Shown: positions 13,020 through 24,509 of the stretch, piece by piece | Numbering within the stretch: the first letter of the stretch is position 1 | Layout of the letters: every line of letters starts with the position of its first letter | DNA from: Mobula hypostoma | Lineage: Eukaryota | Assembly: GCF_963921235.1 (NCBI RefSeq) | Contig: NC_086097.1 | Location: forward strand, 249,118,001 to 249,182,000 | Direction: 5' to 3' | DNA: 64,000 nucleotides | Notes under the pieces: generated by a model | What the model saw: the letters and a program-made list of their open reading frames with translations, nothing else | Database searches by the model: none | What the model was told of the DNA's origin: nothing | Made by a program: the position numbers and the translations under genes

Positions 13020-13617
13020 GTGAAAAGTAATTGAGATGGGACTGCTGTTAAAATGCCATATTTATAACCGCTATTAACCCCACTTGTGCAAATTACAATT
13101 TAGCCAGTTTGGTAAATGGGAAGATTTGCTGAGCATTGGCTGGCCACTGTGTACAAGTTCAAGTCTACGGCTATTCAACGGTAGACATGTATACAGCTAA
13201 ACAAAACAATGTTTCTCTGCAACTAAGGTGCAAAACACAGTACATGTATCGTATCTATTAGCTAAGTATGAGTTTCCAGCCATTGGAGTGCACTGCAGTT
13301 TCCTTTCACATGGAATCTCTTTGAATCCAGCCTCCGCAAGGAAGGACCTTTCCTCCTTCTCCCCCTCCAAAAAAAGCCCGCAGCGAATAGAAATTAATTC
13401 TTGTTCTTTAAATCCGCCATCGCCGTTGCCGAGCAGTACAACAACTCTTTAAAGTAACGATCAGTGTACACCTATGCACTGTTTTTACTAAACTATCCAT
13501 AATGTTATTCCATTTCAATATCTCAATGTTCATAGACGTGCATTTTCTGTACAAGAAAACCCAGAGCAGCACACATAAGAGGCTGAAGGAGCTCAGCAGA
13601 TCATGTAGCCTCTATTG

Positions 13618-13683
13618 CAAGGGTTCCCAACCCTTTTTACACCATGGACCAATCCCATTACACAAGGGGTCCGTGGAGCCCTG
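13618..13683. mobile_element. Short hAT (Charlie-like) MITE
   Basis: caagggttcccaacc...ccctg ends; 8-bp TSD ctctattg/atctattg. Confidence 0.7.
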
Positions 13684-14049
13684 ATCTATTGTCTTCCCCC
13701 TATGTTGTTTCAGTGGGAGGAAGAATATCCCACACCCAAAGGCTTTACTAGCCCCAAAGTATCAGCTGGAAGTTCAAAGGGAACTGGTTTTATTTCCTGA
13801 AGACTGGTTCTTATTTCAGTGAAACCACAGTTACTGTATTGATACTATCATAACCCCAGACTGATCCGTAACACCTACCTTACCAGGTAGCAAGTGGCCG
13901 GCAGATGGAGTTTTCCCAGTGGTAGGAATACCCTGTTGTTTGGTTCGTTAACTTGATACAGGATGCAATCCTCCTGCTAACAGCCAATTTAAACACAGTT
14001 CCCCCACCACCATTCCACAAAACGGCGCAGAGGAAGTTTCAGAACCGGA

Positions 14050-14645
14050 TATGGAACAGTACAGCACAGGAACAGGCCTTTCAGCCCACAGTGTGTGGAA
14101 TATTGAAAAGTAAATCAAAACCCTCCCCAAATACTAATCCCTCCGACCTACACGATGTCCATATCCCTCCATCTTCCTGATATTCATGTGCTTATCTAAA
14201 GGTCTCTCAAAGTCCTCTAATATATCTGCCTCTCCCACCATACCAGGCAGCACATTCCAGATATCCACCACTTTTTGAGTAAAAACTTACCCCTCACATC
14301 CCCTTTGAACCTACCCCCCATCACCTTCACTGTATGCTCTCTGGTATTAGAGATTCCTACCTTGGGAAACAGACACTCCCTGTCCACTCTATCTGTGCCT
14401 CTCATAATCTTATAAACGTCTGTCAGATCTCCCCTCATCCTCCACCGTTCCAGCTAAAACAGCCCAAGTTTATCCAGCCTCTTGTGATAGCACATGCTCT
14501 CTAAACCAGGCATCAGCCTGGTGAACCTCTCCTGCACCCTCTCCAAAGCCCCAACATCCTTCCTGTTGCGGGCCAACCAGAACTGTGTGCAAAACTCCAG
14601 ATGTGGCCTAACCAGAGTTCTATGAAGTAGCAACATAACCTCTTG
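14050..14645 (-). mobile_element. CR1 3' fragment
   Basis: RTLVRPHLEFCTQFW and RGDLTDVYKIMRG. Confidence 0.9.
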
Positions 14646-15163
14646 AGTAGATCATGTTTAAAGACTTGGAACTTTTAAATGGCAGCTTTTCAGCACAATC
14701 ACTCCCGCCGCAGATTTAGCCAATTTACACTGAAGATCAAGTCCACTGACACTGCAACTGTAGTCCATTCACGTCACATTACCCCCTCTACAATGCAGTT
14801 AGTCACTTTACGCTGCAGGTTTAGTCAATAAATTCCCTCTGTGCCATCTGTGTACTGCGCAAATTTGTGTACAATACAGAATTTTAACAGATCTTGTCCA
14901 GGTTCATGGCACTCACTTTCCACACTGAATCAATTTACCACACTGATTTAGGTTGTTTACGGTGGAATATTACAATGCAGAATTAGATAAATTTCACATT
15001 TCACAATCCTGAAGCATTCCATTTCGACTGTGGGTTATGTCCATTCAGTGCAACTCAGTTACCACACCAGTGAAGTAATATTTGCATAGAGCAACGATTT
15101 TATAATATATGAACCAAATGTCTAAATCAGATTGTATTGAAATGAAGGATGTTTCACATGCTG

Positions 15164-15169
15164 AATAAA
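15164..15169 (+). terminator. Candidate distal poly(A) signal of COL15A1
   Basis: AATAAA followed by CA and a T run; another AATAAA at 14827-14832. Confidence 0.4.
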
Positions 15170-15439
15170 AACTTAATACATTTTTTTTTGTAAATTATTG
15201 CTCTGTCTGATTTTTGATCTGGGACAAGGTACTGGGGAAGAGGGAAGAAGTTTTCAGGTTAATTGTTCACAGCTGTCCTGGGACTTTGCAAACCAACAGA
15301 TTCAGCAAGGACTGGTGCAATAAAAAAGCCTGCGGGTGCTGTACGTCCAAAACAAAAACAGAACATGCTCGAAGCACTCAGCGGGAGGAGAATGTATAGT
15401 GTGAGAGATTCAGAAGGAACTCCTGCAACGGCAGGTACA

Positions 15440-15880
15440 AGAATAAACAGTCCATGTTTTGGGCTGAGATCCTTCATGAGAACTGGGAAGGAAGGGGAAG
15501 AAGCCAGAATAAGATGGTAGGGTTGGAGGGGTGGGGGGACAAGCACAAACTACAAGGTGATAGGTGAGACTGGGTGAGGGGGAAGGCAGGTGGGTGCGGA
15601 GGAGGAGAAGTAAGATGGTGGGAGGTGATAGGTGGAAAAGGTAAAGGGCTGAAGAAGATGGAATCTGATGGGAAAGAATAGTGGACCATGAGAGAAAGGG
15701 AAGGAGGAGAGGACCTGGAGGAGGTTATGATGAGGAGAAAAGAAGGGGTGACAATGAAGCCAGAATGGGGAAATGAGAAGGGGAGGGAAATGACCAGAAG
15801 TTCGACTTCCTTGCTGAGAGTTCCTCCAGTATTTTGTGCGTGCTGATCAAGATTTCCAGCATCTGCAGAATCGCTTGTGT
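15440..15880 (-). mobile_element. Penelope pLTR with inverted terminal piece
   Basis: Purine-rich pLTR with a degenerate hammerhead motif at ~15445-15485; reversed end at ~15805-15880. Confidence 0.75.
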
Positions 15881-16099
15881 GTCACAAGCAGCCAGAGTCA
15901 GCATGAGAGATGGTGGTATGGAAATTTTAGGGCGGGGAATGGCTTTTTAACAGGAGCAGGCTGAGAACCAACTGCTGGCAATCTTCTCTGGGATAATGGA
16001 AATTGTCCTGGGGCCACACTCTTCAGTATGTTTGCCACATGTTGGTGTTTGGGAATCCAGATGTGCATAATTGCACTTCTGACTATTAAAAAACTGAGT

Positions 16100-16460
16100 A
16101 ATAGGTTGCTTTATCGCACTCTGGAATTCAGAAGAATGAGGGAGGACCTCATTGAAACCTATCAAATGTTGGACACCCTTGGAAGAGTGGATGTGGAGTG
16201 GATGTTTCCAATGGTGGGAAAGTCTAACACCAGAGGACACAGCCTCAGAACAGAGGAGACATTTAGAACAGAGATGAGGAGGAATTTCTTTAGCCAGAGG
16301 GTGGTGAATCTGTGGAATTCTTTGCCACAGATGGCTGTGGAGGCCAAATCATTGGGTATATTTAAAGCAGACTTAATCAGTTAAGGCTTCAAGGGTCATG
16401 GAGAAAAGGTAGGAGAATGGTGTTGAGAGGGTTAATAAATCAGTGATGATGGAATGGTGG
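16100..16460 (+). mobile_element. CR1 3' fragment
   Basis: LEFRRMREDLIETY..RRNFFSQRVVNLWNSLP. Confidence 0.88.
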
Positions 16461-16560
16461 AATGGCTTTATGTGCCCAGGGTAAGTTCAGCCATATCGTG
16501 AGAGACACTATTCCATCAATTGATTGTTGCACCAGATACACCATAAGACCATAAGATATA

Positions 16561-19385
16561 ATTATGATATAGTTGGGATCACAGAGACATGGCTCCAGGG
16601 TGACCAAGGATGGGAGCTCAACGTTCAGGGATATTCAATATTCAGGAGGGATAGACATGAAGGAAGGGGAGGTGGGGTGGCGTTGCTGGTTAAAGAAGAG
16701 ATTAACGCAATAGAAAGGAAGGACATAAGCCGGGAAGATGTGGAATCGATATGGGTAGAGCTGCGTAACACTAAGGGGCAGAAGACGCTGGTGGGAGTTG
16801 TGTACAGACCACCTAACAGTAGTAGTGAGGTCGGAGATGGTATTAAACAGGAAATTAGAAATGTGTGCAATAAAGGAACAGCAGTTATAATGGGTGACTT
16901 CAATCTACATATAGATTGGGTGAACCAAATTGGTAAAGGTGCTGAGGAAGAGGATTTCTTGGAATGTATGCGGGATGGTTTTTTGAACCAACATGTCGAG
17001 GAACCAACTAGAGAGCAGACTATTCTAGACTGGGTTTTGAGCAATGAGGAAGGGTTAATTAGCAATCTTGTCGTGAGAGGCCCCTTGGGTAAGAGTGACC
17101 ATAATATGGTGGAATTCTTCATTAAGATGGAGAGTGACATAGTTAATTCAGAAACAAAGGTTCTGAACTTAAAGAGGGGTAACTTTGAAGGTATGAGACG
17201 TGAATTAGCTAAGATAGACTGACAAATGACACTTAAAGGATTGACGGTGGATATGCAATGGCAAGCATTTAAGGATTGCATGGATGAACTACAACAATTG
17301 GTCATCCCAGTTTGGCAAAAGAATAAATCAGGGAAGGTAGTGCACCCGTGGCTGACAAGAGAAATTAGGGATAGTATCAATTCCAAGGAAGAAGCATACA
17401 AATTAGCCAGAAAAAGTGGCTCACCTGAGGACTGGGAGAAATTCAGAGTTCAGCAGAGGAGGGCAAAGGGCTTAATTAGGAAGGGGAAAAAAGATTGTGA
17501 GAGAAAACTGGCAGGGAACATAAAAACTGACTGTAAAAGCTTTTATAGATATGTAAAAAGGAAAAGACTGGTAAAGACAAATGTAGGTCCCCTACAGACA
17601 GAAACAGGTGAATTGATTATGGGGAGCAAGGACATGGCAGACCAATTGAATAATTACTTTGGTTCTGTCTTCACTAAGGAGGACATAAATAATCTTCTAG
17701 AAATAGTAGGGGACAGAGGGTCCAGTGAGTTGGAGGAACTGAGCGAAATACATGTTAGTAGAGAAGTGGTGTTGGGTAAATTGAAGGGATTAAAGGCAGA
17801 TAAATCCCCAGGGCCAGATAGTCTGCATCCCAGAGTGCTTAAGGAAGTAGCCCAAGAAATAGTGGATGCATTAGTGATAATTTTTCAAAACTCGTTAGAT
17901 TCTGGACTAGTTCCTGAGGATTGGAGGGTGGCTAATGTAACCCCACTTTTTAAAAAAGGAGGGAGAGAGAAACCGGGGAATTATAGACCAGTTAGCCTAA
18001 CGTCAGTGGTGGGGAAACTGCTGGAGTCAGTTATCAAAGATGTGATAACAGCACATTTGGAAAGCGGTGAAATCATCGGACAAAGTCAGCATGGATTTGT
18101 GAAAGGAAAATCATGTCTGACGAATCTCATAGAATTTTTTGAGGATGTAACTAGTAGAGTGGATAGGGGAGAACCAGTGGATGTGGTATATTTGGATTTT
18201 CAAAAGGCTTTTGACAAGGTCCCACACAGGAGATTAGTGTGCAAACTTAAAGCACATGGTATTGGGGGTAAGGTATTGATGTGGATAGAGAATTGGTTAG
18301 CAGACAGGAAGCAAAGAGTGGGAATAAACGGGACCTTTTCAGAATGGCAGGCAGTGACTAGTGGGGTACCGCAAGGCTCAGTGCTGGGACCCCAGTTGTT
18401 TACAATATATATTAATGACTTAGATGAGGGAATTAAATGCAGCATCTCCAAGTTTGCGGATGACACAAAGCTGGTCGGCAGTGTTAGCTGTGAGGAGGAT
18501 GCTAAGAGGATGCAGGGTGACTTGGATAGGTGGGGTGAGTGGGCAAATTCATGGCAGATGCAATTTAATGTGGATAAATGTGAAGTTATCCACTTTGGTG
18601 GCAAAAATAGGAAAACAGATTATTATCTGAATGGTGGCGGATTAGGAAAAGGGGAGGTGCAACGAGACCTGGGTGTCATTATACACCAGTCATTGAAAGT
18701 GGGCATGCAGGTACAGCAGGTGGTGAAAAAGGCGAATGGTATGCTGGCATTTATAGCGAGAGGATTCGAGTACAGGAGCAGGGAGGTACTACTGCAGTTG
18801 TACAAGGCCTTGGTGAGACCACACCTGGAGTATTGGGTGCAGTTTTGATCCCCTAATCTGAGGAAAGACATCCTTGCCATAGAGGGAGTACAAAGAAGGT
18901 TCACCAGATTGATTCCTGGGATGGCAGGACTTTCATATGAAGAAAGACTGGATGAACTGGGCTTGTACTCATTGGAATTTAGAAGATTGAGGGGGGATCT
19001 GATTGAAACGTATAAAATCCTAAAGGGATTGGACAGGCTAGATGCAGGAAGATTGTTCCTGATGTTGGGGAAGTCCAGAACGAGGGGTCACAGTCTGAGG
19101 ATAAAGGGGAAGCCTTTTAGGACCGAGATTAGGAAAAACTTCTTCACACAGAGAGTGGTGAATCTGTGGAATTCTCTGCCACAGAAAACAGTTGAGGCCA
19201 GTTCATTGGCTATATTTAAGAGGGAGTTAGATATGGCCCTTGTGGCTACGGGGGTCAGGGGGTATGGAGGGAAGGCTGGTGCAGGGTTCTGAGTTGATTG
19301 ATCAGCCATGATCATAATAAATGGCGGTGCAGGCTCGAAGGGCCGAATGGCCTACTCCTGCACCTATTTTCTATGTCTATGTTTC
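16561..19385 (+). mobile_element. Young CR1 LINE, nearly complete ORF2 (APE endonuclease + RT)
   Basis: ORFs 16524-17222, 17226-18848 and 18909-19292 share one frame, broken only by two TGA stops at Trp positions. Motifs GITETW, GDFN, SDHN, QGSVLGP and FADD. CTATGTTT-type tail; short TSD tata. Confidence 0.97.
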
Positions 19386-21200
19386 TATAGGAGCAGAATT
19401 AGGCCATTCAGCCCATCGAGTCTGATCTGCCATTCCATCATGGCTGATCCCGGATCCCACTCAACCCCGTACATCTGCTTTCTTGCCATATCCTTTGATG
19501 CACTGACCGATCAGCAAACGATCAACTTCTGCCTTAAATATACACACAGACTTGGCCTCCACCACAGTCTGTGGCAGAGCATTCCACAGATTTACTACTC
19601 TCTGGCTAAAAAAACTCCTCCTTACCCCTGTTTTAAATGGTCACCCCTCAATTTTGAGGCTGTGATCTCTACTTCTGGATACCCCCAAAACATCCTCTGC
19701 ACATCCACCCTATCTAGTCCTTTCAACATTCGGTAGGTTTCAATGTGATCCCTGCACATTCTTCTAAATTCCAGTGAGTACAGGCCCAAAGTTGACAAAC
19801 GTACCTCATATGTTAACCCCTTCATTCCCAGAATCATTCTCATGAGCCTCCTCTGGACTGTCTCCAATGACAACACATCATTTCTGTGACTGGGGACCCA
19901 AAACTGTTGACAACACTCCAAGAATGACTTGACTAATGTCTTATAAAGCCTCAGCATTATCTCCTTGCTTTAATATTCAATTCCCTTCGAAATAGGTGCC
20001 AACATTGCATTTGCCTTCTTCACCATAGACCCAACCTGTAAATTAACCTTCTGGGAGTCTTGCATGAGGACTCCTAAGTCCCTCTGCACCTCTGATGTTT
20101 GAACCTTCTCCCCACTGAGATAATAGTCTGCACTATTGTTCCTTTTACCAAAATGCATTATCATACATTTCCCAACACTGTATTCCATCTGCCACTTTTT
20201 TGCCTATTCTTTCAATCTGTCTAAAACCTGCTGCAATCGCATTGCTTCCTCAGCACTACCTACCCCTCCATCTATCTTCATATCATCCACAAACTTTGCC
20301 ACAAAGTCATCAATTCCATTATTTAAATCATTGACAAACAATGTGAAAAATAGTGGTCCCAATACTGACCCCTGAGGAACACCACTAGTCACTGGCAGCC
20401 AAACAGAAAAGGTCCCCTTTATTCCCACTCACTGCCTCCCGCCTGTCAGCCATCCCACTGTCCATGCCAGTATCTTTCCTGTAATACCACAGGATTTTAT
20501 CATGTTAAGCAGCCTCATGTGTAGCACCATATCAAATGCCTTCTGAAAATCCAAACAAATGACACCTCCTGTCTCTCCTTTCTCCACCCTGCTTGTTACT
20601 TCCTTGAAGAACTCTAACAGATTTGTCAGGCAAGATTTCCCTTTAGAAACCATACTGACTTTAGTTTATTTTATCATTAGTCTCCAAGTACCCCGAAACC
20701 TCGCCCTTAATAATAGACTCCAACACTTTCCCAACCACTGAGGTTAGGCTTACATGCCTTCAATTTCCCTTTTTTTTTTGCTTTCCTCCCTTCTTAAAGA
20801 GTGGAGTGACATTTGCAATCTTCCACTCCTCTGGGACCATGCCAGAATCAAGTGATTCTTGAAAAATTGTGACCAATGCATCCGTTATCTCTTCAGCAAC
20901 CTCTCTCAGGACTCTGGGATGTAGTCCATCTGACCCAGGTGACTTATCCAATTTAAGACTTCTGAGTTTACCAAGCACTTTTTCCTTTGTAATAGCAATG
21001 GCGCTCTCCTGCTCCCTGACACTCGTGGACCTCTGACACACTGCTGGTGTCTTCCACAGAAAACATTGATGCAAAGTACTTACTCAGTTCATCTGCCATT
21101 TCTTTGTCCCCCATAACTACTTCATCAGCATCACTTTCCAGTGGTCCAATATCAACTCTCACCTCCCTTTGACTCTTTACATCACTGAAAAAACTTTTGT
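19386..21200 (-). mobile_element. Decayed CR1 LINE whose tail (16540-16560) was split by the young CR1
   Basis: Frameshifted RT pieces (DKSPGSDGLHPRVL, GVPQGSVLGP, KFVDD). Confidence 0.92.
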
Positions 21201-21818
21201 CTTGAAGCACCGAGGTGAATGGAGAGAGGAGCAGTAAGCCAGTAAGCACTGAAATACACTCATGGGTAATATTGACAAGACTTTGTCATCAGAAACATAG
21301 GGCCATAAGACATAGGAGCAGAATTAGGCCATTTGGCCCATCAAGTCTGCTCTGCCATTCAATCATGGCTGATCCATTTTCCCCTCCTCAGCCCCACTCC
21401 CCGGTCTTCTCCCCGTAACCTTTGATGCCGTGTCCAATCAAGAACCTATCAAGCTCTGCCTTAAATACACCCAACGACCTGGCCTCCACAGCTGCCTGTG
21501 GTAATAAATTACTCAAATTCACCACCTTTTGGCTAAAGAAATTTCTCTGCTTCTCTGTTTTAAATGGATGCCCCTCTATCCTGAGGCTGTGCCCTCTTGT
21601 CCTGGACTTCCCCACCATAGTAACCATCCTTTCCACATCTACTCTGTCTAGGCTTTCCAACATTCAAAAGGTTTCAATGAGATCCCCTCTCATCCTTCTG
21701 AATTCCAGTGAGTACAGACCCAGAGTCATCAAACGTTCCTCGTATGATAACCCTTTCATTCCTGGAATCATCCTTGTGAACCTTCTCTATATTCTCTGCA
21801 ATGCCAGCACATCTTTTC

Positions 21819-22770
21819 ATCTTTCCCTCCCCCCCCCGCTCTGCTTTCCGCAGGGATCGCTCCCTACGCGACTCCCTTGTCCATTCGTCCCCCCCATCCC
21901 TCCCCACTGATCTCCCTCCTGGCACTTATCCATGTAAGCGGAACAAGTGCTACACATGCCCTTACACTTCCTCCCTTACCACCATTCAGGGCCCCAGACA
22001 GTCCTTCCAGGTGAGGTGACACTTCACCTGTTAGTCAACTGGGGTGATATACTGCGTCCGGTGCTCCCGATGTGGCCTTCTATATATTGGCGAGACCCGA
22101 CGCAGACTGGGAGACCGCTTTGCTGAACACCTACGCTCTGTCCGCCAGAGAAAGCAGGATCTCCCAGTGGCCACACATTTTAATTCTACATCCCATTCCC
22201 ATTCTGACATGTCTATCCACGGCCTCCTCTACTGTAAAGATGAAGCCACACTCAGGTTGGAGGAACAACACCTTATATTCCGTCTGGGTAGCCTCCAACC
22301 TGATGGCATGAATATCGACTTCTCTAACTTACGCTAATGCCCCACCTCCCCCTCGTACCCCATCCGTTATTTATTTATATACACACATTCTTTCTCTCAC
22401 TCTCCTTTTTCTCCATCTGTCCCTCTGACTATACCCCTTGCCCATCCTCTGAGTTTCCCCCCCCTCCCCCTTTTCCTTCTCCCTGGGCCTCCTGTCCCAT
22501 GATCCTCTCATATCCCCTTTGCCAATCACCTGTCCAGCTCTTGGCTCCATCCCTCCCCCTCCTGTCTTCTCCTATCATTTTGGATCTCCCCCTCCCCCTC
22601 CCACTTTCAAATCTCTTACTAGCTCTTCCTTCAGTTAGTCCTGACGAAGGGTCTCGGCCCGAAACATCAACTGTACCTCTTCCTAGAGATGCTGCCTGGC
22701 CTGCTGCGTTCACCAGCAACTTTGATGTGTGTTGCTTGAATTTCCAGCATCTGCAGAATTCCTGTTGTTT
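21819..22770 (+). mobile_element. Penelope-like element, 5'-truncated (GIY-YIG endonuclease + pLTR)
   Basis: CKRNKCYTC, IYCVRCSRCGLLYIGETRRRLGDRFAEH, PVATHFN, LGSLQPDGMN. Exact 10-bp TSD acatcttttc at 21809-21818 and 22771-22780. Confidence 0.95.
22637..22672 (+). ncRNA. Minimal hammerhead ribozyme motif of the Penelope pLTR
   Basis: AGTC-CTGACGA-A-GGGT(CTCG)GCCC-GAAAC-ATC-AACT: both catalytic boxes and helix II are intact. Other copies show the ancestral GTC-GACT end that pairs with AGTC. Confidence 0.7.
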
Positions 22771-22904
22771 ACATCTTTTCTAAGATGAGGGGCCCAAAGC
22801 TGTTCACAATACTCAGGTGAGGCCTCACCTGTGTCTTATAAAGCCTCAGCATCACATCCCTGCTCTTTATGTTCTAGACCTCTTGAAATGAATGAATGTT
22901 TGTC

Positions 22905-23965
22905 TCGCTTATCACGAGTAAAAAGCTGGGAAGTTGATTGGTGAAACAGTTACAGAGCTGGAGAAGACAGAAGCCAATAGAAGAAGACAGAAGGCCATGA
23001 AAGAAAGCAAAGGGGGAGGAGCTCGAGAGGGAGGTTTTTGGGCAGGTAAGGAGATAAGGTGAGAGAGGGAAAAGGGGATGGGAATGGTGAAAGGTGGGGC
23101 ATTACCAGAAGTTCGAGAAATCAATGTTCATGCCATCAGGTTGGAGGCTGCCCAGACAGAATGTAAGGTGTTGTTCTTCCAAGCTGAGTGTGGCCTCATC
23201 ACAACAGTAGAGGAGGCCATGGACTGACATGTCAAAATGGGAATGGAAAGCACAATTAAAATGGGTGGCTACTGGGAGATCCTACTTTTTCTTGTGGATG
23301 GAGCTTAGATGTTCAGCTAAGTGGTCTCCCAATCTGCATCAGGTCTCACCGATATACAGCAGGCCACACCGGGAGCACCGGATACAGTAGATGACCCCAA
23401 CAGACTCACAGGTGAAGTGTCGCCTCACCTGGAAGGATTGTTTGGGGCCCTGAATGGTAGTGAGGGAGGAGGTGTAGGGGCAGGTGGAGCACTTGTTCCA
23501 CTTGCAAGGATAAGTACCAGGAGGGAGATAAGTAGGGAGGGAGGAATGGACAAGGGAGTTGCGTAGGAAGCAATCTCTGTGGAAAGCAGACAGAGGGGCC
23601 GAGGGAAAGATGTGCTTGGTGGTGGGATCTTGCTGGGGATGGCGGAAGTTATGGAGAATTATGTGCTGAATGCAGAGGCTAGTGGGGTGATAGGTGAGAA
23701 CAAGAGGAACCCTATCCTTGGTGGTCCTCTCCTATCAGACTCCCACTTCTCTAGCTCTGTATCTCTTTCATCAATCAATGACCCAGTTCCTTAATTCAAC
23801 CCTCACTTCTTCCGGCTTCACCTTGTGCTTCTTCCTCCCCTCCCCCCACTCTGACTCCTCCTCTTTTTTTCTCCTGTCCGATGAAGGGTCTCGGCCCAAA
23901 ATGTCAACTATACTCTTTTCCACAGACACTGCCTGGCCTGCTGAGTTCCTCCAGCATTTTGTTGC
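22905..23965 (-). mobile_element. Decayed Penelope element with inverted pLTR piece (23722-23965, +)
   Basis: Reverse-complement similarity to 21819-22770; degenerate hammerhead at ~23876-23909. Confidence 0.85.
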
Positions 23966-24509
23966 TCGGAGGATTTCGGATGAAAAGTGTCAGAGGGTCT
24001 GTCCTGGGACCAGCACATAACTGTCATTACAGAGAAAGCACGGCAGCACCTATACTTTATGAGAAGTTTGTGTAGATTCAACATGTCACCTCGATCCTGA
24101 CAGCCCTGTCTTTTCAGCCTGTCTGGGCTGGCGTTTAAATTGACCAAACAATGGAACAGCACAGGCTCCAGCGCCCTGGAAAGAGGACAATAGACAATAG
24201 ACAATAGACGCAGGAGTAGGCCATTCGGCCCTTCGAGCCAGGACCACCATTCACTGTGATCATGGCTGATCATCCACAATCAGTACCCTGTTCCTGCCTT
24301 ATCCCCATATCCCTTGGGCTGAACATCATGTAGAGGAAGTGAAATCGGCAATCGCCTCTGATCTGGGCCGACATTTACGTGCCGGGTGGCACTTAATTAA
24401 TTAGCTTGTTTATTTCGGATTTTTTCTTAAAGGTGTGCTGAGTGCGCTCCAGCTACCGCTGCACCTCTGCGTGCTTCGCGGCCCGAAGGTTGGGGACCAC
24501 TGGATTAAC

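Larger units (their letters stand above)
21300..22893 (-). mobile_element. CR1 3' fragment interrupted by a Penelope element
   Basis: ORF 21388-21663 is CR1 C-terminus; the sequence resumes at 22771. Confidence 0.88.

Noticed and set aside
16625..18904. Antisense ORFs of 258, 134 and 93 aa
   Set aside because: They are shadows of CR1 ORF2 and recur opposite other CR1 copies.
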